Source: Octopus sinensis (Eukaryota). From it: a stretch of 64,000 nucleotides of DNA. The notes under the pieces were generated by a model. That model was not told where the DNA came from. It worked only from the letters and a program-made list of their open reading frames with translations, and did not search any database. The position numbers and the translations under genes are program-made. Location of the stretch: the NCBI RefSeq assembly GCF_006345805.1, contig NC_043005.1, positions 97,836,001 to 97,900,000 on the forward strand, read 5' to 3'. Of this stretch, positions 49,658 through 63,317 are shown in pieces; the stretch's first letter is position 1; each line of letters begins with the position of its first letter.

Positions 49658-50052
49658 CTCTTTTACTTGTTTCAGTCATTTGTCTGCGGCTATGCTGGAG
49701 CACCACCTTTAGTTGAGCAAATCGACCCCCCTAGTACTTAATCTTTGTAAGCCTAGTACTTATTCTATTGGTCTCTTTTGCTGAACCGCTAAGTTACGGG
49801 GATGTAAACACACCAGCAATGGTTGTCAAGCGATGTTTGAGGGACACACACAGACACACAAACACACACACATATATATATACATACATATATACGACGG
49901 GCTTCTTTCAGTTTCCGTCTACCAAATCCACTCACAAGGCTTTGGTTGGCCCGAGGCTATAGAAGAAGACACCTGCACAAGGTACCACACAGTGGGACTG
50001 AACCCGGAACCATGTGGTTGGTAAGCAAGCTCACATAGCCATTCCTGCTCCT
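49658..50052 (-). mobile_element. SINE family B, near full length
   Basis: Complete reverse-complement B architecture with internal (CA)/(TA)n. Confidence 0.85.
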
Positions 50053-50554
50053 ATATATGTATAGACTTTCACAAACATCAAGTGATACATTCAAAATCAA
50101 GGAAAATAGACAACTACATATGCTTTTAATTTGCTCTTTAAGGATGGAGTAATAACATTTTTTTTATATGTGCCTTACATTTTGTTCTATGTAGTTTCAA
50201 ACCAGCTGCATTTGATGATCAAGAATTCTTTTATTAATATCTTCTCCTAAATGACCAACACTACAAATATGTACATGTTAGGATACAAATGATGTTCACT
50301 TTGTTGCATTGCATCTGGAAAAAACTGCTATCAAAGTTTACTGCAAATTTGAGTTTATTCCTACAGTGCTGTATTATTTGTTTGGCTGAAAAAATCCTGC
50401 TTTGTTGAATCAGTTTTGTGAGCTTGTTTTTCAACATTGCACATTTTGCACATTGCTTTGCTGACAGAGTGTTTTTTATTTCTTTAACCCAGTTTGAAAA
50501 TTTGTGATCCATTAGTCAGGATTGAAACTTTTGTCACACTTCAACCACTTGTCT

Positions 50555-50761
50555 TTTATTTTTTACTTGTTTCAGTCATTTGACCGTGGCCATGCTGGAG
50601 TACCGCCTTGAAGGGTTTTAGTCGAACAAATCAACTCAAGGGCTTATTTTTTAAAGCCTCGTACTTATTCTATCAGTCTTTTATTGCCAAACTGCTAGGT
50701 TATGGGGATGTAAACACACTGCTAGGTTATGGGGATGTAAACACACCAACACTAGTTGTCA
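50555..50761 (-). mobile_element. SINE family B 3' part (continues at 54708-54938)
   Basis: The B sequence stops at gttgtca (50761) and resumes at gttgtca (54710), split by the LINE. Confidence 0.85.
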
Positions 50762-53700
50762 GGTCTCCGCTTGGAGCTACTGGTAACATGTAACCCAGTA
50801 CAACCTGTTACATGGTCGGGTCGTTGGCGACTAAACTGGCAACCCCACCAAGATTTCTTGGTGAGGAGGGTGATTTGGACACCCAACAGGACTAAAAACA
50901 AAACCTGTCAAAGGGCAGAGGAACTCTCTCATGAGTCAATGGCCATCCAAAATCCGGAGTGGAGCCCCTAAGGCGGTTGGATTGCGCCATGCATGCCACC
51001 TTCCGGCAGCTCCTGCATCTTGGTCTACCCCCAGTCGTCTTGACTTTGTCTTGCCACTGGATCCGGCGCACCAGGACGAGTGAGTGAGGCTGATCCTGCG
51101 CAAGTCACCCTCACTATAATCCAAGTCACGCGCATGTCACGACATCATGATGCCATGACACCATCCCAAAGTCCTGTGGCGATGGGGAAACGGCGAAGTG
51201 GCAGGTGAGGATACACTGGGAGCTGCAGTCGTGAACCCACACACAGGCGGCTCAGGACATGTGGTCGCCCCTCACTGAACTGAGGCAGCAGTGGAGTCCG
51301 GCAGCCTCCTGAGTGACTGAGCAGCCCTCTTCAGGATCGCTCTGCTCGCCTCCCCAGCATAAGGACGGGGCTAGAAAGTTTGCCCTAAACATAGCCTGCC
51401 TCACCTCATCCTGGTCAGCAAACCGCGGCTGGCGGGGATCCTTTCAACGCGTCGATCGAACAAAGAAAGAAGAAAACAAACAAAGGTGCTCACTTTCGCA
51501 ACTTGGAACGTGAGAACTCTGCTTGACAACACCAAAGCGGACAGACCAGAGAGACGAACTGCCCTGGTGGCCAGAGAACTGAGCCGATACAGTGTCGATA
51601 TTGCAGCACTGAGCGAGACCCGCCTTGCAGACAAAGGCCAGCTGACAGAGACAGGCGGTGGCTACACTTTCTTTTGGAGTGGTCGCAGCGGCGAAGAGCG
51701 CGTGAGGCTGTGTTGGTTTTGCCATTAAGTCAGTACATGTGTGCGGAAACTGGAAAGCCCCCCCGAGGGTATCAACGATCGGCTGATGAAGATGCAGCTC
51801 CCACTTGGAAACAAGACTAGTGTGACCATCATCAGTGCTTACGCCCCCACCATGACCAACCCTGAAGAAGTTAAGGACAGGTTCTATGAGGAACTCGACT
51901 CCCTCATCACGTCAGCCCAGCCTGGGAAGCTCATCCTCCTTGGGGATTTTAACGCCCGTGTCGGGACTGACCACCAAGCCTGGCATCGCGTACTGGGAAA
52001 GCAAGGAATCGGAAAGTGCAACAGCAACGGACAGCTCCTCCTGCGTGCGTGTGCCTCTCATGATCTTACCATCGCCAACACCTTGTTCCGTCTGCCAACA
52101 CGCAACAAGACATCATGGATGCATCCACGCTCCAACACTGGCATCTGATAGGGCGGAAAGACAGGCGGGACGTGAGACTGGTCAAAGCCATGTGCGGAGC
52201 TGACTGCTGGACGGACCATCGCCTCATCATCTCCAGATGGATTTCTACATCCGACCTAAGAGAAGACCACAGGGTCAGAAAGTGACGAGGAAGCTTAACA
52301 TCACGAAATTAAAGAACCAGCTGACTGCACAAGATCTCCAGTCACGTATGGACAGTAAGCTGTTGGACATTCGGAGTGACCAGTCCAGCATCGATGAGCA
52401 GTGGGAATCATTCAGGGACACGGTTCATTCCATCGCCCTTGAAACTCTGGGCCAAATTACGAGGAACCACCAGGACTGGTTCGACGAAAACGACCAGGAA
52501 ATCCAAAAGCTCCTGGAAGAGAAACGCCGTCTGCTGCGGGCTCACCAAAACGACACCACCTGCACGGCAAAGAAGGCCGCTTTCAACAACATTCGCAGCA
52601 CAGTCCAGGCTAAACTCCGCCTCATGCAAGACGCATGGTTAAGCGCCAAGGCGGATGAGATTCAGGGATACGCAGACAAACACGACACCAAGAAATTCTA
52701 CGAGGCTGAAAGCTGTCTATGGACCGCAGTTCTCCTTTGGATCAACCCCCCTGCTCAGCTCAGATGGAACCTCACTCCTGACTAACAAGAGGCTGATCCT
52801 GGAGAGATGGGCGGAGCACTTCAACATCGTGCTCAACCGACCAGCCCAGATCAACGAGGAAGCCATCGCACGACTCCCCCAGGTGCCGACAAACCACGGG
52901 TTGGCTGTTCCCCCCTGCAGTCGAGGAAGTGAGCAGAGCCATCAAAAAAATGTCCACTGGCAAAGCTCCAGGCTCTGACGCCATCCCTGCAGAGGTGTTC
53001 AAGTCGGGCGGCCCCACCATGATCAGTCAGCTCACCAGCCTGTTCCAGTCGATGTGGGACAGGGAACAACTCCCTCAAGATTTCCGGGACGCAACAATCG
53101 TCCACATTTATAAGCGGAAAGGAGATCGCAGTCCTGCGACAACCACCGAGGTATTTCCCTCTTGTCCATAGCAGGCAAGATCCTGGCCCGGGTCCTGCTT
53201 GACCGCCTTCTGGAACACTTGGAGCAAGGCCTTCTCCCTGAGAGCCAGTGTGGCTTCCGTGCGGGTCGAGGGACCACTGACATGATATTCGCCGCCCGCC
53301 AGCTCCAGGAGAAATGCATGGCAGCACCTTGACCTCTGCATGACCTTTGTTGACCTCACCAAGGCTTTGATACAGTCAGTCGGAGGGACTATGGAAGGTC
53401 ATGGGAAAATTTGGTTGCCCCAGCAAATTTATTGCAATTGTCCGCCAGTTCCACGACGGAATGACAGCCAGAATCCTTGAAGACGGCGACTCATCTGAAG
53501 CCTTCCAGGTGACCAACGGAGTCAGGCAGGCTGTGTCCTGGCCCCAACACTGTTCAGCATCATGTTCTCGGCAATGATGTCCGATGCCTTTAGGGACTGC
53601 AAGTCCGGTATCAACATCAAGTACAGGACAGACGGAAACTTTTCAACTCCAGGAGATTGCAGGCTGTCACAAAGGTGAGGGAGACAGTCGTCAGAGACTT

Positions 53701-54707
53701 TCTCTTTGCTGACGACTGCGCCCTTAATGCAATCGATGAGCAGGAGATGCAGCTCGAGATGGACAGGTTCTCATCAGCCTGTGACAACTTCGGTCTCACC
53801 ATCAGTGCAAAGAAAACCGAAGTGATGTTTCAGCCAGCCCCCGGCAAACAATACCATGAGCCTCAGATAAGGGTGAACGGACGGATCCTCGAGTGGTGGA
53901 AAACTTCACCTACCTGGGCAGCACTCTCTCCTGCAATGCCAACATAGATGCTGAAACCATCAACAGAATCTCCAAGGCAAGCAGCGCGTTTGGGAGACTG
54001 TGAAAGAAAGTCTGGGAAGCGGAGAGGAATCAGCCTCAACACCAAGCTGAAAGTCTACCGGGCAGTCGTGCTTACCACCCTACTATACGGCTGCGAGACG
54101 TGGACTGCTTACCGAAGGCACGAGCGCCAGATAAACCACTTCCATCTCAGGTGTCTTCGGAATCTCCTTCACATCCGCTGGCAGGACAAAGTCCCAGACA
54201 CGGAAGTTCTGAAGCAGGCAGATCTCCTAGCACCATCACAATCATGCGCAAGGCCCAGCTGAGATGGGCGGGCCACGTCTCCCGCATGTCCGACACTCGC
54301 ATCCCAAAACAGCTCTCTACAGTGAACTCGGCCAGGGCAGGCGCAAAGTCGGAGGGCAGAAAAAGCGCTACAAGGATAGTCTCAAGGTCTCTCTCAAAGA
54401 CTTCTCCATCGGAACAGAGACCTGGGAGACACTTGCTGCCAACCGCTCATCCTGGCGCAGCGCAATCACCGTGGGAGCAGGGACAGCCGAGGAGGGACGG
54501 ATTCGGTCAGCGGAGCAGAAACGTCAGATGCGTAAAGTCAGAGCCGCATGCACCAGTAGCACTGCCCCTACCCACTTCTGCCCCACCTGTGGGAGGGGCT
54601 TCCTTACCCGGATTGGCCTCACCAGCCACCTCCGGTCTCATGGCGGCAGTTCCATCAGATGATGTCAGTTGGTCATCTTCGAACCGAAGGACGAACATTA
54701 TTATTAT
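50762..54707 (+). mobile_element. Full-length RTE-clade (BovB-like) LINE with 5' UTR, frameshifted ORF, (ATT)n tail and TSD
   Basis: LTFATWNVRTLLD..RPERRTALVAREL..DIAALSETR; ISAYAPT; LGDFNARVG; QCGFRAGRGT.DM; FADDCA (about 53705); FTYLGS; LLYGCETW; terminal CPTCGR..IGLTSHLRSH; TSD gttgtca at 50755-50761 and 54710-54716. Confidence 0.95.
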
Positions 54708-54938
54708 TGGTTGTCAAGAGATGGCAGGGGAGAAACACAGGCACAAAGACACACACGCACATAAATGCACACATGCACACACACACACATAATGGGCTTC
54801 TTTCAGTTTCTGTCTATCAAATCTACTCACAAGGCTTTGGTCAGCTGAGATACATTAACAAGGTGTCACACAGTGAGACTGAACTCAGAACCATTTGGTT
54901 TGGAAGCAAGCATCTTACCACACAGCCGTTGCCTGCAC
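54708..54938 (-). mobile_element. SINE family B, remaining 5' part
   Basis: gggcttctttcagtttctgtctatcaaatctactcacaaggctttgg..cttaccacacagcc. Confidence 0.85.
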
Positions 54939-55807
54939 ACTTGCTCATTTTTTTCCCAATGGATACAGTTTGGGAGTAACTGAAATTTATTTATTATAAA
55001 ATACTTAGTTTGTTCAGACTTCTCTCACATGACAGAGTAATTGCCACCAACAACTTCCAGTTCACTTTATTATACCAAGGGGCTTCTATGTGGCTACTCA
55101 ACATGCAAAATATAGCAGTCAAACACCTCTCAATTCACACACACGTACTACTGTCGTAAAGATACATTGAAAAGAATATTAGAAGAATCTGTTATCATTA
55201 AGATAGCATGTTAGCACTATTTATAATCTATTAATAAACACCTGTTACACCACCATGAGCTAAATGTTGCAAAATAGTGCTGCCAGGGTCAAAATATTGC
55301 CCACCAATCCTGAATTCAATAATTCCCACATAACCACTTGACAACCAGTGTTCTTTTATTAACATCCTCATAACTTAAATGCTCAGCAAAAGAAACTGAT
55401 AGAATAGGCTTAGGAAAATAAGTACTGGATTCGATTCATTCGACTAAAACCCTTCAAGGGGGTGCCCCAGCTTGGCTGTAAGATGTAAAAGGGAAAATGG
55501 TATGAAAGCAGGGGCTTGTAGTTCCAAATGTTTTTAAGTAATCTTAACTAAGGGTGGGGGTGGAAATAATAATAATAATAATAGTGTACTGTTTCAAAAG
55601 CACCGTAATCTACTACTTGTAGCCCTATCTGACATGGCCAAGTGGAAAATTTGCTTGTAGTAGTGATAGATCAACAAAAAGATGTTGATCCTAGAGGAAA
55701 TGGTGTTTTTTTTTTTTGAGATGTGCATATCTTCACAAGGTAGGGTGTAATACAACTGTCATTGTAAAGCAATGATAATGATGGTAATGATGACGACATC
55801 ATGATAA

Positions 55808-56038
55808 GGCGGTGAGCTGGCAGAAACGTTAGCACGCTAGGCGAAATGTTTAGCAACATTTCGTCTGCTGCTATGTTCTGAGTTCAAATTCTGCTGAGGT
55901 CGACTTTGCCTTTCATCCTTTTGGGGTCGATTAAATAAGTACCAGTTACGCACTGGAGTCGATATAATCAACTTAATCTGTTTGTCTGTCCTTGTTTGTC
56001 CTCTTTGTGTTTAGCCCATTGTGGGCAGTAAAGAAATA
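55808..56038 (+). mobile_element. SINE family C with 16-bp TSD
   Basis: ggcggtgagctggcagaaacgttagcacg head; TSD ggtaatgatgacgaca at 55783-55798 and 56039-56054. Confidence 0.85.
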
Positions 56039-58750
56039 GGTAATGATGACGACAATGATGATGATGATGACAATATATTGTTTAACTTCAGGCCAGCCCT
56101 AATTAAGCAGACTCATGGGCCCATGTCCTACAGTTGACGCCAAAGTTAACTGGGTTTGTTAAAAGCTCTTAGAAAAGTGGTACCTTACAATTCTAGTAAA
56201 GAGCTTTTGAATCATCAAATTATTGGTTACTTTTGTTGTTTAGCCCCAGGTCAGACAGCCCTGATCCAGTAAACCTGTGATAACAAGGTTTTCCAACAAT
56301 AACTGCAACATCTTTTTTGATACAGTGTATCTAGAATTACATTGATTACATTATCCAATGTGTCTCTCCTTCTTTTAAGACGATGTGGGAGATAGACATT
56401 TGAAAGCAACTTGAGAGATTTGAGAGAGATTTCAATCAGGAGGCAACCCCCCTCCCCACACCCGCAACTCCATTGTTTTGTCAACCCTTTTCACTGGCAA
56501 TCATTGGACACTCTAGCATGCTGGCCATATTCAACACACAAACTAACTCTACCATGAGAGGCTATAAAAACTCAATGTAGACCTACAATACTACTGCTCT
56601 TAACAACATCCTCACCACCATCATATCACCACTACCATCATCACCATCATTACCACCTACAGCAGTAACATTCATCCTCTTTAGTATCTATTGTTTTTGC
56701 AATTTAATACATTTATTTTATTTTACAACAATTTTATTTATTTTTTCCATATTTATTTGTCATGTTTTCAAAGCCAAATAATTTGCATTCATTGATTTCA
56801 CATTTCACTTCATTCTATCCCTCCTTTTCCTTCTTCTTCTCCTACTACTTTTAATTCATTGATTTTATTCATTTATTTATTTTATCTGTTGATATATATT
56901 TGTTTGTTTTCTGTTTATTTATTCAATTCATTTATCCATTTTTTTTTTTATTTATTCAATTATATGTATGCATGTGTACATACATGTGCATGTTAGTATG
57001 TGCATATGCATGTGTGTGTGAGTGTCTGTGTATTTATGTCTGTATGTGTGTGTGTATGTTTGTGTGTTTGTGTAAGTGAGTATATGTGTGTGTGTGCACG
57101 TGTGTGTGTGTGTGCATATGTATACGTGTGTGAGTGTGTCTGTGTATTTATGTCTGTATGTGTGTGTGTGTGCATATGTATGTGTGAGTGTGTCTGTGTA
57201 TTTATGTCTGTATGTGTGTGTAAGTGTTTGTGTGTGAGCAACAGAGAGTATGTGTGTGTTTGCGTAAAGCTTTTCTTATTCTATATGATGATTCTACATT
57301 TTTATTTAATATCCTGCAAGTCTTTTGCTCAACAACAAATTTATGTATTTGTATGGGAAAAAAAAAGAGAAAAATCTTCCTTCAAAGACACACAGACATA
57401 AACACACCAGCAGATATCTGGAAAATTACATCTGTTGTACCCTCACACTCTCAGCTTATTTTATTGAACTGGATTGGATTGTATTCTGTATATGATGCAA
57501 TGTTTTTGGTCAGGGTTTTGTGTGTGTTTGTGATTTTAAATTCTTCACTCTCACTCAATATCTTCTTTTACTCCCCCCCTCTCTCTCTCTTTATCTTCCT
57601 GTCTGTCTGACCATTTCTTTCTCTCTTCTACTGCATCACCGTCTTGTATCTCCAGTTCCCTTGTACAGTTGGTTTTTAGTTATTAATCTATCTCTTGCTT
57701 TTCTCTAACGGTTTTTAAAAGACCATCCTCTCCCATATTTCTCATTCAACCACAGTCAACAATACCAAAACCACCACTGATGACATCTTCCTATCTGTTG
57801 CTGCTGCTGCCACAACACCACTGCTGCTGCTGCCTCTGCTACCACCACTACTGCCACCAAAACCACCACCACCGCACTATATATATCCTCCTCCTCCTCC
57901 TCGCCATCATCATCATCATCATCATCATCATCACCATCATTTAACGTCTGCTCTTCCATGCTTGTACAGGTCAGACAGAATTAATTGAGGCACATTTTCT
58001 GTGACCAAATTCTTTTCCTGTTGTCAACCCTCCCTTTTTGAACCAAGGTGATATTTACCATGGCCAGACATTTTTTTTTCTGCAAAAGAATAGAAATGTA
58101 TAGCTTCACTTATAATGATGATGATGCCCATTTAGAACCATCATCTGACATCAGGACAACAGTAAATGGGCACACACTCACAAACATGCTTACACACATA
58201 TGTATGTATACATACATCAATGTATATATATATATATATACATGTATATATACATACATATATTTAAATATTGATAAGGAGACTGGAGTGAGTTACACAT
58301 TTTATTGCATACTACTACAATTGTTTCATCATCTCTTTACCAGAAGAATTATTGCTGGAATACAACTATATAGTGTGTGAAATAATGCATCATAACAGTT
58401 TTATTTCAGCACCACTGGAAGAGGTCAATTCTAAAATGGAATTGATAGATAAATAGATACATACATACATGCATGCATACATATATATTAGAACACTAGG
58501 CTTTGTTAGTAGATGCTTATAGGAAAATCTGGATAAACTGGGATTTTCAGAAAGAGAAATTGACCAGCTGATTTGTACATTACAAGTGCAATCTGTGAGT
58601 GGAAAACTAAAAATATGCAAGACTTTTCTCAAGTTCCAAATGTGAATTTGTCAGTGTTAACTACATCCCAAAGATGGAGTCTTGTATTTTTGTTAGAAAC
58701 CGGCTCATTCCTCAGTGGAAGATTTATAATAATTAAAATATACATACATA

Positions 58751-58985
58751 GGCACAGGAGTGGCTGTGTGGTCAGTAGCTTGCTTACTAATCCCATGGTT
58801 TCAGGTTCAGTCCCACTGCTCGGCATCTTGACCAAATGTCTTCTACTATAGCCTCAGGCCAACCAAAGCCTTGTGAGTGGATTTAGTAGATGGAAACTGA
58901 AAGAAGCCTGTTGTACACACACACACATGTGTATATATTCATGTGTCTGTGTTTGTCCCTCCCACCATCGCTTGACAACCAATGT
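58751..58985 (+). mobile_element. SINE family B (3' truncated)
   Basis: ggcacaggagtggctgtgtgg..ggttcagtcccactgc..gaaactgaaagaagcc. Confidence 0.85.
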
Positions 58986-59004
58986 TTGTGGGTTCCCAAT
59001 TTTC

Positions 59005-59090
59005 AAACCTCTAGCTATATTACTTGCAGGCTGTACTTGTATTTGAAAAAGGCTACATGTGCCCCATGGGCTGCATGTTTGACATGCCTG
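59005..59090 (-). mobile_element. hAT (Charlie-type) MITE terminus
   Basis: Minus strand caggcatgtcaaacatgcagccc..; adjacent 8-mer ctttagag resembles the Charlie NTCTAGAN target. Confidence 0.5.
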
Positions 59091-59099
59091 CTTTAGAGC

Positions 59100-59270
59100 A
59101 TAAACCATGAACGACGTTCTTTTACTGTTCTTGACTCTGGGCTATCTTTTCTACTTCCCCCTATATGGAACCCTATCTTTTCAGCTCTGCCTTTGTATCC
59201 TGTCTCCAGTTATTTTTATGGTGCCTTCCCTTCAGCTTCCCCTGTGGTTCCCATATCAAGGCATCACATA
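59100..59270 (-). mobile_element. RTE C-terminal fragment
   Basis: ALIWEPQGKLKGRHHKNNWR..EKIAQ..VVHGL resembles the RTE ALxWNPQGKRKRGRPKNTW motif. Confidence 0.55.
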
Positions 59271-59376
59271 TTTTCTTAAAGGATCTGTGGGTTTTGAATT
59301 GTCGCTAATGCTTCAATAACTTAGCATTTTTTTTGTCTAGCTAGGGCTGTTGGCCCTATGCAAGCCCAGTTTTATC

Positions 59377-60010
59377 GGTCAATATAAAGATCTACGACCG
59401 GGAACAAAAAAAAAAAAAAAAGTAACCAGCCTGGTGGTGTTAGCAAGTCTGTGGAAAAGGAATATGAAAAATAAATGAGTGCTGACGACCTTGGGGTGGG
59501 GAGGGACTTTCAGAAAAATTCACAGGATCCAATTTTTCCATCATAAGTTCCGGTAAAATGGATATATACTCATTTACTTGTTTCAGTTATTTCACTGTGG
59601 CCATGCTGAAGCACTGCTTTTAGTTGAGCAAATCGACCCCAGGACTTATTCTTTGTAAGCCTAGTACTTATTCTATTGGTCTCTTTTGCTGAACCGCTAA
59701 GTTACGGGGACGTAAACACACCAGCATCGGTTGTCAAGCGATGTTGGGGGGACAAACACAAACATATAAACACACACAAACATACACACACATATATATA
59801 TATACATATATATGACAGGCTTCTTTCAGTTTCCGTCTACCAAATCCACTCACAAGGCTTTGGTCTGCCTGAGGCTATAGTAGAAAACACTTGCCGAAGG
59901 TGCGACACATTTTCAAGATTTCAATTCGTGCCCCTCCTTATTTTTCACTTTACTCAGAAATACGAAGATTAAAATTCTGAAAAAATTTGTTTGTAAAATT
60001 TCAATTTCTC

Positions 60011-60061
<51 letters not shown>

Positions 60062-60334
60062 CAGGCCTTCGCGATTTTTTGCAAATTTTTTTTCAGAATC
60101 GTATCCTCCATATCCAAAATCGTGCTATTCTATAAAAAAAAATCAATATATATCCATTTTACTGGAAATTATGATGGAAAAATCGGATCTTGTGAATTTT
60201 CCAAAAGTTCGCTCCCCACCCCCAAGGTCTTCAGCATGCATTTTTTTCATATTCATTTTCCACATACTTGTTAACACCCACCAGGCTGGTTAATTTTTTC
60301 TTTTTGTTCCTGGGTGAGGATCTTTATATTGACC
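59377..60334. mobile_element. Fold-back DNA transposon with ~190-bp TIRs, GG termini and 8-bp TSD (Merlin- or Mutator-like), carrying a nested SINE B
   Basis: ggtcaatataaagatc (59377) and gatctttatattgacc (60334); arms at 59377-59568 and 60147-60334; TSD gttttatc / gttttgtc. Confidence 0.75.
59570..59905 (-). mobile_element. SINE family B, nested in the fold-back element
   Basis: Near-consensus reverse-complement B sequence. Confidence 0.85.
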
Positions 60335-60674
60335 GTTTTGTCTTTGGGAAGAGGTAACCCATATTAGTCTGGCTACTATCCTTTGACCTGTCCGGCATGG
60401 GAGGCACTATCACTAGCATGCTCATTGAGACACACAAACCACTACAAAATAATAAGGGCTGGACCTTGTATTGGGTGGAAAATCTATGGGGGTATATTTA
60501 AAATAGATTCGCCAACACTACACCTGATTTTCTCCCCTCCATACACACGCAAGCATGTATCTGACTCATACACTGTTCACTTCCCAGACATTTGTACATT
60601 ACTGCATATGCTTTATACGCACTTTTGACAAGTTGTGGTGCACCTGAGCACTGTATACAATAATTTCATTATTA

Positions 60675-60715
<41 letters not shown>

Positions 60716-61134
60716 TTTAGACGATCAAATTGTGCTCCAGCTGTCCGTCAGAGCTGAAGGTTGCAATGAAGACCACCTGGGATTCTACCCCTCTTAGCAG
60801 CATCATATTCTGGCAACCACTGAAGCCAAAGATGTGCTAACCAAGAACTAACTGAAACTCTGTAATTACTTTTCAATTTTTGACTAACTTACGCTTTTGT
60901 TATGACGTTTACAATGTTCAGCTAATGCATTCTAGAATTTTTGAGATATTGCATTTTTGATTATCCCTGCATGAAAGCCATAAATGTTGGTTTTCATCAA
61001 CAGAATACTACAAATAGATTGATTTGGATTGGATTAGATTTAGTGAGCCAGATGCGATTGAAATTTTATTGTTCTAATTTAACTGACAATAAAAAATCTA
61101 AATTTTGCACAACACTCTAATTTTCTGAAATGCA

Positions 61135-61480
61135 TCTCCTCCTCCTCCTCCTCACCACCACCACCACCACCATCACAGTCGTTATCGTTGTCATCATCAT
61201 CATCATTATCATCATCATCATCATCATCATCATAACCACCACCACCACTACCATCATCACAGTCATCATCGTTGTCATATACATCGTTGTCATCATCATC
61301 ATCATAACCACCACCACCACCATCACAGTCGTTATCGTTGTCATCATCATCATCATCATCATCATCATCACCACCACCACCACCACTACCACCATCACAG
61401 TCGTCATCGTTGTCATCATCATCATTGTCGTCGTTGTCGTAGTCATCGTCATCATCATCATCATCATCACCACCATCATT
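61135..61480. repeat. Compound (CAC/CAT/CCT) trinucleotide tract with internal duplications
   Basis: Directly visible; the block catcacagtcgttatcgttgtc recurs. Confidence 0.9.
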
Positions 61481-61975
61481 GCTATTATGCCTACTTTCCT
61501 CGTACTGGCATTGGTTTGAAGAGAATCCTTGAGGCAGTATTCTATGGATGGACACCTTTGCTGATAAAGTAACCTTTATCTTACCATTTACTCATCTAAG
61601 AATTCTTTATTCCACTGGTTTTTACCCATCAAACCACCAAAGTGTGGAACATATTGTCCATATGGGATATAAAAAAAGTCACACACACATACAGACATGC
61701 ACCCCACTTCTCAACACACATGCATACACACAAGTGTATATATATATATATATATATCTCATACCAGCATGTGACTGGCTGTGAGTACATGCCATTGGCT
61801 AAGTCCAACATGGCTGAAGTACACCTGGCATTGTTCTTAGCCTCTGCCTGGATGATTTTCATCTTCTTCTTCTGACATACATTGTGTTTTCAAATACAGT
61901 TCATCCAGAAAAGATGCTATCTCTAGACAGTAAACTGTTAGCCAGCAATGTATCTACATTAAATTTGAGACATAG

Positions 61976-62154
<179 letters not shown>

Positions 62155-62239
62155 TATATACCAAATTTCATTCATTCAGCACTGATGAAACTGAGGTTAT
62201 ATAGATGACACTTGCCTAAAATACCTTACAACAAAGAGC

Positions 62240-63000
62240 AAATCCAAAACTGCTTGTAGGGGTAACACAACTTGTCCACTAAACAGATAATGCAATGTAG
62301 AAACAGTTGTTTATGAGGCAGAAGTAACAGCAACATGACCCAATGGACAACCGAGCATGTGGAAATATGTGGGGGCAATGGAAGGCCCCTTCAGAACCCA
62401 CTTTAATAACCACAAGTCCTCATTCAACATCCCAGAGAGACGTGATGCCACAGCCCTAGCCAAACACATATGGACTTTGAAAGAAAACACCACGGAGTAC
62501 AGTATAAAGTGGAAGATCATAGAAAGATGCAAACCATACTTCAATAGTTACAGGAAATGCAGATTATGCCTCCCTAGAAAAGAGGGCAATTTTAAAAGTT
62601 ACCCAATTCCCGGATGTTTACCTGAACAGCTGGAATGAAGTGTTTAATCCTTGTCTGCATGAAAGAAAGTATATTCTGTCGTACCTGTGCAACCCACCAT
62701 GACTGCAACCACGGATCCCCTGCCTTGACATTCCACAAACGACTTTCCACCAATGCCCTTAGAACCAGCATAAAGAGTTTGAACAAGACATGCACCCATG
62801 TACACATATGCACACACTCATAAGGTGAATACCCCACAGTGAGCTATCCCCTACTACCCCCAGCACATACCCCCTTATGCAAATTGTACTCCACATATAG
62901 ACACCCCTCCTGACACACATTATACATTACACACTGCATGCTTATACAAAAAAAAACCCACAGATTTATCCTTTACAGAAAGAAAACAGAGTAAGCAACA
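62240..63000 (+). mobile_element. Penelope-like element: GIY-YIG endonuclease domain plus 3' UTR
   Basis: CRGNTTCPLN..VVYEAEV..YVGAMEGPFRTHFNNHKSSF..TALAKHIWTLKE..IKWKII..KCRLCL..LN..EVFNPCLH. Confidence 0.9.
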
Positions 63001-63041
63001 CAACACTATATATATCTACACCCTCAGAAAAATTATATATA

Positions 63042-63315
63042 TTAGGTTGTTTGGAAAATACTGTGTGATTTTTTGAAAACATTTTTTCAACTTCAATTTA
63101 AGATATTATTTTTGTTGTGTTTTTGATGAAATTTTACATGTTTACTAATTGATGTGCATTCTTTAATAAATTAATACTGATTTATTTTAGAATATAATTT
63201 TGAAGCATAGAAATCTTTAATTTCAAGCATGAAATGGAAGAAATGTGTTTAATTTTTTTGCATGAATTCAAGCCTGGGCATAATGCTTCCCAAACAGCTA
63301 CCACTATCAACAGAT
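63042..63315 (+). mobile_element. Mariner 5' fragment (TIR plus HTH start)
   Basis: TA-ttaggttg TIR start; LHEFKPGHNASQTATTIN matches the mariner EFK.GHNA..T..NI motif. Confidence 0.75.
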
Positions 63316-63317
63316 AT

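Noticed and set aside
50762-50910. Twister ribozyme at the LINE 5' end (ctccgc..agct and gaggaggg motifs)
   Set aside because: The central GCCGGUCCCAAGCCCGG-like core and the UAA cleavage loop are absent.
61079-61555. Asp/Gly-rich ORF resembling a biomineral protein (similar tracts at 15534, 29037, 35231 and 57756)
   Set aside because: Compound trinucleotide repeat with unrelated flanking codons; such tracts recur throughout the window.
61790-61965. Minus-strand candidate exon (IHCWLTVYCLEIASFLDELYLKTQ..)
   Set aside because: Weak acceptor, no recognisable protein similarity, and no neighbouring exon support.
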